DNA of 64,000 bases from Gammaproteobacteria bacterium (lineage in GTDB: Bacteria; Pseudomonadota; Gammaproteobacteria; Eutrophobiales; Eutrophobiaceae), in assembly GCA_965222155.1 (NCBI GenBank), contig CBDCTH010000012.1, forward strand, positions 2,880,001 to 2,944,000, read 5' to 3'. Positions 21,197 through 31,606 of the stretch are shown here, in pieces (positions within the stretch are counted from its first letter, which is position 1; every line of letters begins with the position of its first letter). Made by a program: the position numbers and the translations under genes. The notes beneath the pieces were generated by a model. That model made no database searches and was not told where the DNA came from. It was given only the letters and a program-made list of their open reading frames with translations.

Positions 21197-22308
21197 CCGT
21201 GCTGCAAACCTTGCCGGCGCTGGACACAGGCGGGGTCGAACGCGGGACTGTCGAGGTGGCTGCTGAACTGGCGCGCCGCGGTCATCGCTCGCTGGTCATC
21301 TCCGGCGGCGGTGCGCTGATGGCTGAGCTTAGCGGCAACGGCTCCCGCCACTATGCCTGGCCGATCGGTAAAAAATCGCCCTTCACCTTGCTGCTAGCGG
21401 GCAGATTGCGGCGCTTCCTGCAGGAGGAAAAGGTGGATATCCTGCATGCCCGCTCGCGCATGCCGGCCTGGGTCGCTTACCTGGCCTGGAAAACCATGCC
21501 GGCACAGGACCGGCCCGTATTCATCACCACGGTACACGGTCCTTACCGCGCCGGGCGCTACAGCGCGGTCATGACCCGGGGCCAGCGGGTGATTGCCGTC
21601 TCCAGGTTTATTTATGATTACATCCTGGCAAATTACCCCGGGGTGGACCCGGGCAGGGTTTCGGTCATCCACCGGGGGGTAGATCCCCGGCGATTCCCCT
21701 GCGGATACACACCCGTCCCTGATTGGCTGGAGCGCTGGCGGTCGGAGCGGCCGCAGTTGCAGGGCAAGGCGCTGATTACCCTGCCGGGACGGATTACCCG
21801 CTGGAAGGGGCATACGGACTTCATCGACATTATGAGTGTCCTGAAACAAACCGGGTTGAACGTACATGGCCTGATCGCCGGCGGCGCGGACCCGCGCCGC
21901 CGGGGGTTCCTGAGGGAATTACGCCGCCGGGCGGTTGGGCTCGGCCTGGAAGACGACCTTACTTTCCTGGGCAACCGCGACGACCTGCGCGAGGTACTGT
22001 GCGTATCCGACATCGTCCTGTCCCTGGCAAACGTCCCTGAAGCCTTTGGCCGGACCGCGCTGGAGGCCTTGTCGCTGGGCCGCCCGGTGGTGTCTTATGA
22101 CCACGGGGGCGCCAGGGAGGTGCTGCAGGAACTGCAACCTGACGGGCTGGTGGAACCGGGGAATATTACGGCTACGGTCAGGAAAATTCAGGACTTTCTC
22201 AACGCCCGGCCGCACATCGCCCCCAACCGGACCTTTACCCTGGAGCAGATGCTGGACAAGACTTTGGCCCTGTATGAGCAGGCCGGCGCCGCCGGGGGGG
22301 GGCGATGA
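21187..22308 (+). CDS. Glycosyltransferase family 4
   Basis: PALDTGGVERGT, HARSRMPAW, GRITRWKGH, PEAFGRTALEA. Confidence 0.9.
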   Translation: MPLTVLQTLPALDTGGVERGTVEVAAELARRGHRSLVISGGGALMAELSGNGSRHYAWPIGKKSPFTLLLAGRLRRFLQEEKVDILHARSRMPAWVAYLAWKTMPAQDRPVFITTVHGPYRAGRYSAVMTRGQRVIAVSRFIYDYILANYPGVDPGRVSVIHRGVDPRRFPCGYTPVPDWLERWRSERPQLQGKALITLPGRITRWKGHTDFIDIMSVLKQTGLNVHGLIAGGADPRRRGFLRELRRRAVGLGLEDDLTFLGNRDDLREVLCVSDIVLSLANVPEAFGRTALEALSLGRPVVSYDHGGAREVLQELQPDGLVEPGNITATVRKIQDFLNARPHIAPNRTFTLEQMLDKTLALYEQAGAAGGGR

Positions 22309-22988
22309 AAAATCCTTTGAGCAATTTCAGGGAACGCCTGTACCAGCGTTTCATGCATAAATTTTATGCCCGTGATCTGTTGTTCGACCTGCAACTTCAA
22401 GCCAAGCAGGAAACGCTCGAATACATAAACTCAAACATGCGCCACTGTCTGATCGGCCGCAACAGGAAAGCGTTGTTCGAATACGCCCTGCGTCATGCCG
22501 ATCTCCCTGGGCTGAATGCCGAGTTCGGCGTGGCTCAAGGCGACAGTATCAGGCTGTTGAGCAGGCTGATCGCTGCTACCGTGTACGGTTTCGACAGCTT
22601 CCTCGGCCTGCCGGAGGACTGGGCCGGCACCAGCGAAAAACGGGGCGCATTCGCTGGTCGCCCCCGGCGCCTGCCGGCAAACGTCAAAATCTTTGACGGC
22701 CTGTTTGCCGAGAGCCTGCCCGTGTTTCTTAAAGACCATGACCAGCCTGTGCGTTTCATGCACGTGGACTGTGACCTGTATTCCTCCACCCGCACCGTAT
22801 TCGATTTGTTAACGCCGCGTATTGAGACCGGAACGGTGATCGTCTTCGATGAGTATTTCAATTACCCGAACTGGCGGGAACACGAGTACAGGGCGTTCCA
22901 GGAGTTCATCAGGGAACAGGGGCGCAGCTACCGGTACCTGGCCTTTTGCGCCAGAGGCGGGACGGTTGCCGTAAAGATTACAGCCTGA
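22305..22988 (+). CDS. TylF/MycF-like class I SAM-dependent methyltransferase
   Basis: EFGVAQG, YGFDSFLGLPEDW, HVDCDLYSST, VFDEY. Confidence 0.82.
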   Translation: MKNPLSNFRERLYQRFMHKFYARDLLFDLQLQAKQETLEYINSNMRHCLIGRNRKALFEYALRHADLPGLNAEFGVAQGDSIRLLSRLIAATVYGFDSFLGLPEDWAGTSEKRGAFAGRPRRLPANVKIFDGLFAESLPVFLKDHDQPVRFMHVDCDLYSSTRTVFDLLTPRIETGTVIVFDEYFNYPNWREHEYRAFQEFIREQGRSYRYLAFCARGGTVAVKITA

Positions 22989-23014
22989 ACAGGCCGGCAT
23001 AGCCCTGAACCGGG

Positions 23015-23971
23015 ATGCGCAAGGACATACTGATTATCAAGCTCGGGGCGCTGGGTGACGTGGTCATGGCGACCGGCCTGATCGAACGAATTTTACAGCA
23101 CCACGCGCCGCGCCGCGTTACTCTCCTGACCAGTCCCGCCTATGACGGATTATTTTCGGCCCGGCCTGATCTGGAGCTGAAGACCTTTGACCGCAGCAAC
23201 CTGCGCGCCACCCTGGCAACTGTGCTGTGGATGCGCAACAGGCGCTTCCTGCGGGTCTACGATTTGCAGTCAAACGACCGCACCGGCGTGATGTGCGGCC
23301 TGTCGGGCATTCCGCAAAGGGCCGGAAACCATCCGCGTTATCCCTACAACATACGCCCGCATAGCCACTACGCGGGCCAGTGCCATATCCATACCAGGAT
23401 GCTGGAAATACTCGACGCCGCGGGCATTGTTTCAGACGCTGGCGCGCCGCGCCTTTATCCCTCCGAGGCGGACCGGGAAATGGTGTACGCATGGTTGCGG
23501 CAGCGGGATTTTTCGGACCGGAAATTCGTTATTATGCACGCGGGCGCCAGCGCCATGCGCCCGGAAAAGCGCTGGCCTTACTTCGCCGAACTGGCCCTGT
23601 CACTGGCGCGCCGCGAGCGCCTGACACTATGGATCGGCGGCGCAGACGACCGGCAAACAAACGCTGAACTGGCCCGCACCAGCGGCGTGGACGCGACCGC
23701 TGAGTTCTCACTTTTGCAACTGCTGGCCCTGACGTCCCATGCCGAGTTTGCCGTCACCAACGATTCCGGCCCCATGCACCTGCTGGCTTGCGGTTCCATC
23801 CCCGTCTACGGCCTGTTCGGCCCGAGCAACTGGCGCCGCAACCATGCGGTCGGCCAACGCGATCGTGTCCTGTCGTTGAACCGGGGTGAACCCGTGTACA
23901 GGGCAACCCAGCTGGAGGAACTGACAGCGGGCTATGTCCTGCAACAGTTGGAACAGGACGGCGTCTTGTGA
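23015..23971 (+). CDS. Glycosyltransferase family 9
   Basis: IKLGALGDVV, DLQ, KRWP, VTNDSGPMHL, LFGPS. Confidence 0.88.
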   Translation: MRKDILIIKLGALGDVVMATGLIERILQHHAPRRVTLLTSPAYDGLFSARPDLELKTFDRSNLRATLATVLWMRNRRFLRVYDLQSNDRTGVMCGLSGIPQRAGNHPRYPYNIRPHSHYAGQCHIHTRMLEILDAAGIVSDAGAPRLYPSEADREMVYAWLRQRDFSDRKFVIMHAGASAMRPEKRWPYFAELALSLARRERLTLWIGGADDRQTNAELARTSGVDATAEFSLLQLLALTSHAEFAVTNDSGPMHLLACGSIPVYGLFGPSNWRRNHAVGQRDRVLSLNRGEPVYRATQLEELTAGYVLQQLEQDGVL

Positions 23972-24017
23972 AAGGCTCCATTGATATGTGTTAGCATCCT
24001 GCTTATGAGAGGCATTC

Positions 24018-24767
24018 ATGGCAAATAGATTTCTGCCGATCGGCCTGGCCGCGGCGGCGCGGCTGATTGTGGCGCTGGACTTCAATAGCGCCACAGAAGC
24101 CAACCGGTTGATCGGGCAACTCGGCAGCGCGGTCAATTTCTATAAAGTAGGCTGGCAACTGTTCCTGGGGGAAGGCTGGGCATTCGTCAGAACCCTGCTG
24201 GAGCAAGGCAACAAGGTCTTTCTTGACCTGAAAATCAACGATATAGACCAGACCGTCCAGGCCGCGCTGGCCAATATGCCGAACGAGTTTGCCGGCGGAC
24301 TGGAACTGTTGACCATCAACGGCGCCAGCGCCACGGTCAATGCGGCAAAAAAGGGACGCGGCGCCAACGATAAGCCTTACCTGCTGATGCTTACCGTATT
24401 GTCCAGTATGGACGCCAGTGACCTGAAGGAGCTTTCCCCTGACGGCGCAACAATAGATACGGAGACCGTCGTCAAACGCAGGGCACAACAGGCCCTGGAT
24501 GCCGGCTGTGAAGGCTTGATCGCTTCCGGTTCGTCCGTGCGCGCCCTGCGGGACCATTTCCGTGACCGGGAATTCCTCATCGTGACCCCGGGGATCCGGC
24601 CTTCCGACACCGGTTACGATGATCACAAACGCACCCTGACCCCTTATCAGGCAATAACCAGCGGCGCCGACTACCTGGTTGTAGGCCGTCCAATCACCAG
24701 GGCATCCGATCCCCTGCAAGCCGCGCAATCCATCATCTCCGATATACAAGCCGGGCTTAATCAATAA
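24018..24767 (+). CDS. pyrF: Orotidine-5'-phosphate decarboxylase
   Basis: LIVALD, FLDLKINDI, VTPGIRP, DYLVVGRPI. Confidence 0.93.
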   Translation: MANRFLPIGLAAAARLIVALDFNSATEANRLIGQLGSAVNFYKVGWQLFLGEGWAFVRTLLEQGNKVFLDLKINDIDQTVQAALANMPNEFAGGLELLTINGASATVNAAKKGRGANDKPYLLMLTVLSSMDASDLKELSPDGATIDTETVVKRRAQQALDAGCEGLIASGSSVRALRDHFRDREFLIVTPGIRPSDTGYDDHKRTLTPYQAITSGADYLVVGRPITRASDPLQAAQSIISDIQAGLNQ

Positions 24768-24865
24768 AGCAGGGTCTCTCAATGCTGGCAGACATCCATG
24801 GCATGACCTCAGGTCGTCCCTGCTTACGACATGCAGGAAGGCAAACCGGGCCTGAGCCCCGGTTC

Positions 24866-24893
24866 GTCATTCCGGGCTTGACCCGGAATCCAG
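24866..24893. repeat. GTCATTCC-type REP palindrome
   Basis: GTCATTCCGGGCTTGACCCGGAATCCAG; a related copy lies at 29801. Confidence 0.7.
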
Positions 24894-24958
24894 TCGATAA
24901 TAAGTACTGTGGTAAAATGGCGCCCTTTACCTTAACCCGAGTTGATGAGGAATAGAAC

Positions 24959-25357
24959 ATGGTTGCTGAAGTCACCCCCAAACAGGCCTGGAAAATGCTT
25001 CAGGATAACCCGGATACTATCCTGCTGGACGTGCGCGACAAGGTTGAGTTCGATTATGTGGGCCACCCTGTTGGCGCTGTTAACATCCCCATTCAGGAAG
25101 CGCCGGACTGGCAAACCGACCCGGCCTTTGCAGAAAAGGTTATCGAACAACTTGGGGAGACAAGCAAGGATGTCACAGTCCTGACCCTGTGTCGCAGCGG
25201 CAAACGCTCCATGCTCGCAGCGACGTTACTGGAGGAACAGGGCTATAAAGACACGGTGAACATAGCCCAGGGCTTTGAGGGCGACCTGGATGAGAATCGA
25301 CGCCGGGGCAATCTGAACGGCTGGCGCTATCACAAGCTTCCGTGGGAACAGACCTGA
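24959..25357 (+). CDS. Rhodanese-like domain protein
   Basis: LLDVR..E...GHP.GA.NIP, LCRSGKRS, GFEG..GW. Confidence 0.9.
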   Translation: MVAEVTPKQAWKMLQDNPDTILLDVRDKVEFDYVGHPVGAVNIPIQEAPDWQTDPAFAEKVIEQLGETSKDVTVLTLCRSGKRSMLAATLLEEQGYKDTVNIAQGFEGDLDENRRRGNLNGWRYHKLPWEQT

Positions 25358-25469
25358 AGGGAATGTCCATCCTGAACAGTACAGGGAAGAAAATGGGAAC
25401 AGATTTGAAATCCGCTCCGTTTTTGTAAGTACAGTAGAAATTAACAACGAGTACACATTAGGTAACTTC

Positions 25470-26080
25470 TTATTCTTCTATCCCTAATATAACGAGGGGC
25501 ACTGCCGGAACGCCACGCCCCTGCCTGATAACATTGTATAACTCCCCTTCGTAGTAAGATACCCCGGAACTCATTTGGGATTGCAGTTGTTTCATCGGCA
25601 ATATCTCGATGCCGACGTCAATTTTGTCGCCCATAAAAAAGCAAGGTGTTTGACAAACAAGTCGTAAGCCACAAAGGAGTATTTCCCAAACTGGACTTCT
25701 ATCGCTACCCTGTCTTTAACAAAATCGGTCTGATTGTAGCTGAATATCGGGGATGAACCTGCTTGTTCAATCTCTTCCTTTTGCTGTTCCGGGGACATGG
25801 CAAGTGTCTTGCGAATCAATTTCTCATCTTTCGTCACCCAGTAACTGACCCTGCTTTCCATCCATGCTTTTTCTTCAAGAAGTTGTTTAAACGACTTGTT
25901 CATTTCGACCGGGCTGTACAGTAAACGGCCCTTCATGGTTTTTTCTTTTGAAACTTTCGTCTTGCAGGCGTTTCCGTCTACCTCATGTATGACATCCTGT
26001 ATCTCCTGCCATAGCTGGGATTTGTGGACAAGCAGATATTCGAGGCCGTTCAGGTGAGAATAGGTTTCAACTATTCTCAT
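25470..26080 (-). pseudogene. BglII/BstYI-family type II restriction endonuclease, frameshifted at the T6 tract (25635-25640)
   Basis: MRIVETYSHLNG, NQTDFVKDRVAIEVQFGKY. Adding one T restores ...AFFMGDKIDVGIEILPMK..MSSGVSYYEGEL..VPLVILGIEE*, giving 203 aa. Confidence 0.85.
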
Positions 26081-27028
26081 AATGATATACACCCGGATTT
26101 TCCAGCAATCTTGGTTGCTCGGTTTTTTCTTCGTTATTGCCCCATGGCGGCACAGTTAATTTATTGTTGCTGGTAGAGGGATCATATTTGAGTTTATTCA
26201 TTGGTCTTGTCCGTAATGTCCCGTTGATTTCCTGTTGTATTCTGTCCTGAGCAATATCGATATATTTCTCTTCAGTCTCTGCGCCTGCCCCCCGTCTCTT
26301 GTGACGAAGCGCGGCAATGACCGAGGTGCCGGTTCCGAGGAAGGGGTCAAACACCCAGTCTCCCTCGTTTGTCATTGATAGAACGAGGCGTTCAATCAAT
26401 CCTACCGGAAACTGGCACGGATGTTCTGTTTTCTCTATATGATTATTCTTTACGTTGGGTATATCCCAGATATCCCCCGGATTTTTACCGAGAGGGTTGC
26501 AGGAGTATTGTCCAACCTTCGGACCTTTAAAATATTTTTTACCTGGATATTTCTGGGGTATCCGCACCGGGTCGAGGTTGAAGATGAACTTTTTGGTTTT
26601 TCTCGTAAACCAGTTAATGGTCTCGTAGCGACCGGAAAATCGCCTGGTGCAGTGTAGCCCGTGTTCAAAACACCAGATGATTCTATTCCTCATCATCAAA
26701 TTCAGGTCAGTAAAAATCGGATAGAGGATTGTATCGAGGGGAATAATTGAACCGTTATCGACATAATTACCGACCTGCCAGCAGATACTCCCCGTATCAG
26801 AAAGGACACGCACACAGTCTTTGATCACTTCAGCCTGTTGGTTGATATACGTATCGATATTTATTTTTTTTCGTATTCCTTGCCGATGTTGTAAGGAGGT
26901 GAAGTAATTATCAGTTGTATGCTTCGGTCCGGTATCTCTTTCAGCAGGTCGAGGCAATTCCCATGAAAAAGTACCGTGTGTTCATCCGCACTGAATTGTT
27001 CAGCAATCTTTATGCTTGAATCGAACAT
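26067..27028 (-). pseudogene. Beta-class N4-cytosine/N6-adenine DNA methyltransferase, frameshifted at the A8 tract (26864-26871)
   Basis: 5' part MFDSS..GNCLDLL..IITSPPYNIGKEYEKK* with RBS AAGGAG; 3' part HPCQFP, FDPFLGTGTS. One extra A fuses the two parts into 320 aa. Confidence 0.87.
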
Positions 27029-27167
27029 TATCTATTCTCCTTGACATGATTTTCCGATGAATGGGTACGTCCCGGCCTGAGGAATAAATCATCCGGAACC
27101 CATAGCATTATAATACCTCCTACCCTGGCTTGCTTACAATGGCAAAGCACTAAATAACCGTCGACTC

Positions 27168-28373
27168 TTATCCATAAATCCGTCGGCTTTCAAAGACCAT
27201 CGACCCGAATCTTTTACCGCCGCTTCGTAACAGTCGTTTGAGCATGAAATCGAACAATATGGCGTTATGTTTGCGCACCTCTTTCAATACCTGCGCCTCA
27301 GCTTCGCCCAGGAATCCGTGGACGCGCAGCCTTCCCAGCGAAATCAGCGGTATGACGCCCGGCAGGGGATAGTCCGAACCATTAACCAGACGCTGGTGCC
27401 AGGCATCGGTTTCGAGCAGCGTTTTCAGGACAGATCCGCTCCTGTTGCGCTGGATAACGGCCGAGATCTCACCGAACAGGCTCCCTTCATAGCGCGTTTC
27501 GTTCATTAAGCGCGCAAACAGGCTGAAATTGCTGCGCAAAGGTCCTTCTGCGCCTTTGTCCAGATCGCGGCCTTGCCCCAGTGACGCGCAATGCGCCACG
27601 ATGACCCTTACCCCGTGTTCCAGGGGCCGGCGTAACAGCAGCGGGTTGCCGAATTCCTGCCGCCCGCTGCCGTGTACGGCTTTTTCCTCGCCGGCGTGAA
27701 CCAGCAGGGGCAGGCCGGTGCGGACCAGGGCGGCATAGAAATCATCGCAACGTGCGGCCCCCGGGTTTATACCCATGGCCGACGGCAGCCATTTAATGGC
27801 CCGGGCGCCGGATTTGTGCGCCTGGTCCAATGCCTCAATTGCATCAGTGCGATAGGGATGTACGGAAGCTATCCATTCGAATTCCCGCGGGTATTCCCGG
27901 TGCAGCCGGGCAGCCCACTCATTAGGAGTATGGAACGCGCTCAGGTCGAGACGCCGACTTCCGGATTCGTCATAAGTATAATCAAACGCCAGCAACATGA
28001 ACCGGCTTCCTGCCGGAAATTCCTGTTTAAGGGCAAGTAGACGCTCGATGAAACTCTGATCCGTACGCGCTTTTTCTGCACAGGAGGCATTCAGGTAAAA
28101 GCGTAGTTGCGTAAATTGCCGCGGATGACGCAGACTTTGTAGGTGCGGGCTGACCCACGCCCCGGACCGGCTGTCACCCAGACCCAGCAGGTGAACGTGA
28201 CCGTCCCAGATATGATCGGGCCGCAGGCCGGCAAAGGCCTGTCGCACCAGGTCATGGTTTGCCAGGCTCTCAGGCAATCGTGCGGGCAGACAGGGATTTA
28301 TCAGAACCGGGCCGGCCCCGCAGCCGGCCCCGCCCAGTCCGGCCAGCAGGGTGAGAAAATGTCGCCGGTCCAC
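27168..28373 (-). CDS. Amidohydrolase-family protein with twin-arginine signal
   Basis: MDRRHFL, DGHVH, ASVHPYR, VHAGEE, VAHC, NGSDYP. Confidence 0.82.
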   Translation of the reverse strand: MDRRHFLTLLAGLGGAGCGAGPVLINPCLPARLPESLANHDLVRQAFAGLRPDHIWDGHVHLLGLGDSRSGAWVSPHLQSLRHPRQFTQLRFYLNASCAEKARTDQSFIERLLALKQEFPAGSRFMLLAFDYTYDESGSRRLDLSAFHTPNEWAARLHREYPREFEWIASVHPYRTDAIEALDQAHKSGARAIKWLPSAMGINPGAARCDDFYAALVRTGLPLLVHAGEEKAVHGSGRQEFGNPLLLRRPLEHGVRVIVAHCASLGQGRDLDKGAEGPLRSNFSLFARLMNETRYEGSLFGEISAVIQRNRSGSVLKTLLETDAWHQRLVNGSDYPLPGVIPLISLGRLRVHGFLGEAEAQVLKEVRKHNAILFDFMLKRLLRSGGKRFGSMVFESRRIYG

Positions 28374-28385
28374 GCGCGGACGCGC

Positions 28386-29162
28386 CTACCCGGGGTCAGC
28401 CGCGTTGTCTTCCGTTGCTTCCCCGCGTTGCTTGACGAACCGGCCCAGGATCAGGCCCAGTTCAAACAACAGCCACACAGGTACGGCAAGCAAGACCTGA
28501 GATATGATATCCGGCGGTGTCAATAACATGCCGACCGTGAAGGCTCCGACGATAATATAGGGCCGTTTTTTTGCCAGCGAATCCACTGAGGCGATACCCG
28601 TCCATACCAACAGGATAATGGCAATGGGCACCTCAAAGGCTAAGCCAAAGGCAAAAAACATCTTGAGGATAAAATTCAGGTAATGGCCGATATCGGTCAT
28701 CACGGTCACGCCGGCCGGCGCAGACGACGTCAGGAACGCGAACAACAGAGGGAACACGATAAAGAAGGCGAATGCATTACCCAGGTAGAACAAAATCACG
28801 CTGCTTGATATCAGCGGCAGGACCAAGCGCCGCTCATTTTGATACAGTCCAGGCGCGACAAACGCCCAGGCCTGATACAACAGGTAAGGCACGGACACGA
28901 ACACGGCAGCAAAGAAGGTGAGTTTGAACGGCACCAGGAAAGGCGCCGCCACTTCGGTGGCGATCATGCTGCTCTCTTCAGGCAATTGCGCCAGCAGCGG
29001 GCCGGCTATCATTGCGTAGATGTCATTGGCGAATACGCTGAGGCCGAGGAAGACGACAAATACGCAGATCAGGCTGCGCAGCAGCCTGTTGCGCAGTTCA
29101 GCAAGGTGGGCGATAAGAGGCTGTTCCGTATCGTTATCAGTACGAGGGGAACTGTCTGTCAT
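28386..29162 (-). CDS. tatC: Twin-arginine translocase TatC
   Basis: HLAELRNRL, FVAPGLY..E, FEVP, LTPPDIISQ. Confidence 0.97.
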   Translation of the reverse strand: MTDSSPRTDNDTEQPLIAHLAELRNRLLRSLICVFVVFLGLSVFANDIYAMIAGPLLAQLPEESSMIATEVAAPFLVPFKLTFFAAVFVSVPYLLYQAWAFVAPGLYQNERRLVLPLISSSVILFYLGNAFAFFIVFPLLFAFLTSSAPAGVTVMTDIGHYLNFILKMFFAFGLAFEVPIAIILLVWTGIASVDSLAKKRPYIIVGAFTVGMLLTPPDIISQVLLAVPVWLLFELGLILGRFVKQRGEATEDNAADPG

Positions 29163-29175
29163 GAGTCAGCAGGCT

Positions 29176-29442
29176 TCAGTTATCGGTTGACTTGATATCG
29201 CCGTGTTTATCCGGTGCAACATCCATCAACTTGTCCATTTGCTCCACTTGTTCGGAAAAATCCTTTACTTCATCAATTCGCAACTGCTGTTCAAACTCAT
29301 ACTTGGCTTGCATCACATAGCGGCGCAGTTTCGCTGTCCATCTGCCGACGTCGCGCACCAGGCCCGGCAGTTTCTCGGGGCCGGCTACCAGCAGTGAGAC
29401 GATGGCAATGACCAGCAACTCCCAGAAACCGATATCAAACAT
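29176..29442 (-). CDS. tatB: TatB
   Basis: MFDIGFWELL..GPEKLP. Confidence 0.94.
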   Translation of the reverse strand: MFDIGFWELLVIAIVSLLVAGPEKLPGLVRDVGRWTAKLRRYVMQAKYEFEQQLRIDEVKDFSEQVEQMDKLMDVAPDKHGDIKSTDN

Positions 29443-29462
29443 GAGACATCAGACCGGCGCGA

Positions 29463-29687
29463 TCAGGATTCGGCCGGTTTCTCTTTCTGGCCGCTTTCCA
29501 CCTCGCCTTCAATGACCTGGCCGTTCGCGGGCTGTTTCCCGGCGTCAGACTCGTCGTCTTTTATTGCATTACGGAACCCTTTGATCGCATTGCCGATATC
29601 GCCGCCTATGCTGCCCAACTTTTTGGTTCCAAACAACAGGGCGACGATCACCATTATGATTCCCAGTTCCCAGATACCAAAACTCAT
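29463..29687 (-). CDS. tatA: TatA
   Basis: [23 protein letters not shown]. Confidence 0.95.
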   Translation of the reverse strand: MSFGIWELGIIMVIVALLFGTKKLGSIGGDIGNAIKGFRNAIKDDESDAGKQPANGQVIEGEVESGQKEKPAES

Positions 29688-29727
29688 AATTCATCTCCAG
29701 CAGAATAAATTGCACAGTAGATTATGC

Positions 29728-29890
29728 CACAGAGAACACAGAGAACACAGAGAAAATGACGGATAGCCAGGCTATTCCAAAATCGGCAGACGCCTCGTCC
29801 GTCATTCCGGCGAATACCGGAATCCAGTAAACAAAGTCTAGTTTCACATCCCTGTGTCCAGATACCGGACAATCCTTGTCCGGTATGACG
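29728..29890. repeat. REP cluster: (CACAGAGAA)x3 plus an inverted GTCATTCC-type doublet
   Basis: 9-mer triplet 29728-29754; GTCATTCCGGCGAATACCGGAATCCAG at 29801 and inverted partner GATACCGGACAATCCTTGTCCGGTATGAC ending ~29889. Confidence 0.7.
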
Positions 29891-29993
29891 ACATAGCGGC
29901 GGCTTTGGAATGACCCTGGACGAATAGCAATAATGCTTGATAATATTCAAGGACAGTGTAAGCCTCTTTGCGATTATAAGCTGAACCCGAGTA

Positions 29994-30305
29994 TTACTTC
30001 CTGCCTGCCTTTTCTTCATGGCCGGATACGCCAAAGCGTCTTTCCAGTTCAGAGAAAACCTCAACCGGATGGATGTCCAGGTAGGACAGCAAAACCAGGG
30101 AATGGAACCACAAGTCAGCGGTTTCGTGTATGACATTGTGTGGTTTGCCGGCTGTCGCCGCTTCAGCGAGTTCACCTGACTCTTCATCGATTTTTTCCAG
30201 TATCCCCGCACTGCCTTTCGCATACAGGGCGGCAACGTAAGACGATTCCGGATCAGCTCCTTTCCGGTCAATCAACACATCCGCCAGTTCATTTATTATA
30301 TTCAT
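29994..30305 (-). CDS. hisE: Phosphoribosyl-ATP diphosphatase
   Basis: [31 protein letters not shown]. Confidence 0.94.
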   Translation of the reverse strand: MNIINELADVLIDRKGADPESSYVAALYAKGSAGILEKIDEESGELAEAATAGKPHNVIHETADLWFHSLVLLSYLDIHPVEVFSELERRFGVSGHEEKAGRK

Positions 30306-30322
30306 TATTCAAGTGCTCCCCC

Positions 30323-30724
30323 CTACTTATTGTAGATTGCCGCGGGATCTTTAATTACCGGGTCGGTTTCCTCCCAGCCTGATTCCGTCTTTTGCAGGAA
30401 AAAACAACTTTCCCGGCCCGTATGGCAGGCGATTCCCCCGTGCTGGTCTACCCGCAACAGCAGCGTGTCATGATCGCAGTCCAGCCGTATTTCCCTGACT
30501 TCCTGGACGTGCCCCGATTGTTCTCCTTTGCGCCATAGCCTGCCCCTTGACCTGGACCAATAGACTGCGCGGCCTTCGGCGCAGGTGAGCTGCAGGGCTG
30601 TGCGGTTCATCCAGGCAAGCGTCAACACCCGACCGCTGGTATAGTCCTGGGTAATGGCCGGAATCAAACCGTCTGCGTTCCATTTGACTTGCTCCAACCA
30701 CTCCTCATCATGGGCCTGCGTCAT
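30323..30724 (-). CDS. hisI: Phosphoribosyl-AMP cyclohydrolase
   Basis: [29 protein letters not shown]. Confidence 0.96.
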   Translation of the reverse strand: MTQAHDEEWLEQVKWNADGLIPAITQDYTSGRVLTLAWMNRTALQLTCAEGRAVYWSRSRGRLWRKGEQSGHVQEVREIRLDCDHDTLLLRVDQHGGIACHTGRESCFFLQKTESGWEETDPVIKDPAAIYNK

Positions 30725-30727
30725 TAT

Positions 30728-31501
30728 CTAGCTCCTAACCTCTATGCCGTGTTCTGTCATTTTCTGTTTTGCCTGGGCCACCGTGTACTCACCGAAGTGG
30801 AAAATGCTGGCTGCCAGCACTGCGTCGGCCTTTCCCGCAATAATACCTTCAACCAGGTGGTCCAGCTTACCTACACCGCCGGATGCGATTACCGGTATAC
30901 TGACGGCGGTACTGACCGCCCTGGTCAGGGGCAGGTCAAAACCGTCCCTGGTGCCGTCCCGGTTCATACTTGTCAGGAGAATTTCCCCTGCGCCGTAACG
31001 AGTCATTTTTTCTGCCCAGGCAACGGCGTCAAGAGCGGTCTCCCGACGGCCTCCATGGGTAAAGACACGCCACTGCAACGGTTCGCCGGCAGCACTGACC
31101 TGTTTTGCGTCAAGCGCCACAACAATACACTGCGAACCGAATTCCCGGGTTGCTTCCCGGACAAATTCCGGGTTATTTACCGCGGCGGTATTGATGCTGA
31201 TTTTGTCCGCGCCGGCGTTCAACAAGCGCCGAATATCTTCCAGCGTACGGATGCCGCCCCCCACGGTCAACGGAATAAACACCTGGCCGGCAACGGCTTC
31301 CACAACGTGCAACATGGTATCTCTTTCCTCGTTGCTGGCCGTAATATCAAGAAAAGCCAATTCATCGGCGCCCTGTTCGTCGTAACAGCGCGCCACTTCC
31401 AGCGGATCGCCGGCATCCCTGATATCGACAAACCTCACCCCCTTGACAACCCGGCCGGCGTCCACATCCAGGCACGGAATAATACGTTTTGCAAGGCCCA
31501 T
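30728..31501 (-). CDS. hisF: Imidazole glycerol phosphate synthase cyclase subunit
   Basis: [25 protein letters not shown]. Confidence 0.98.
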   Translation of the reverse strand: MGLAKRIIPCLDVDAGRVVKGVRFVDIRDAGDPLEVARCYDEQGADELAFLDITASNEERDTMLHVVEAVAGQVFIPLTVGGGIRTLEDIRRLLNAGADKISINTAAVNNPEFVREATREFGSQCIVVALDAKQVSAAGEPLQWRVFTHGGRRETALDAVAWAEKMTRYGAGEILLTSMNRDGTRDGFDLPLTRAVSTAVSIPVIASGGVGKLDHLVEGIIAGKADAVLAASIFHFGEYTVAQAKQKMTEHGIEVRS

Positions 31502-31606
31502 AATTACTCAAAAGATCAATGATAAGGGGAATTCACTATGGCGCCGGCTAAACCTGCATAACTTACCGATTGATACGCCGCGCGCGCCGGATTTTAGATC
31601 TGCGGG

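Noticed and set aside
26067-26957. 296-aa ORF as an intact methyltransferase
   Set aside because: It lacks the SPPY motif, which lies in another frame upstream of the A-tract
29728-29754. CRISPR-like array
   Set aside because: Three contiguous 9-mers without spacers; no CRISPR array or cas gene seen in the window
29684-30271. 195-aa ORF overlapping hisE
   Set aside because: Alternative frame running through REP repeats with no recognisable motif
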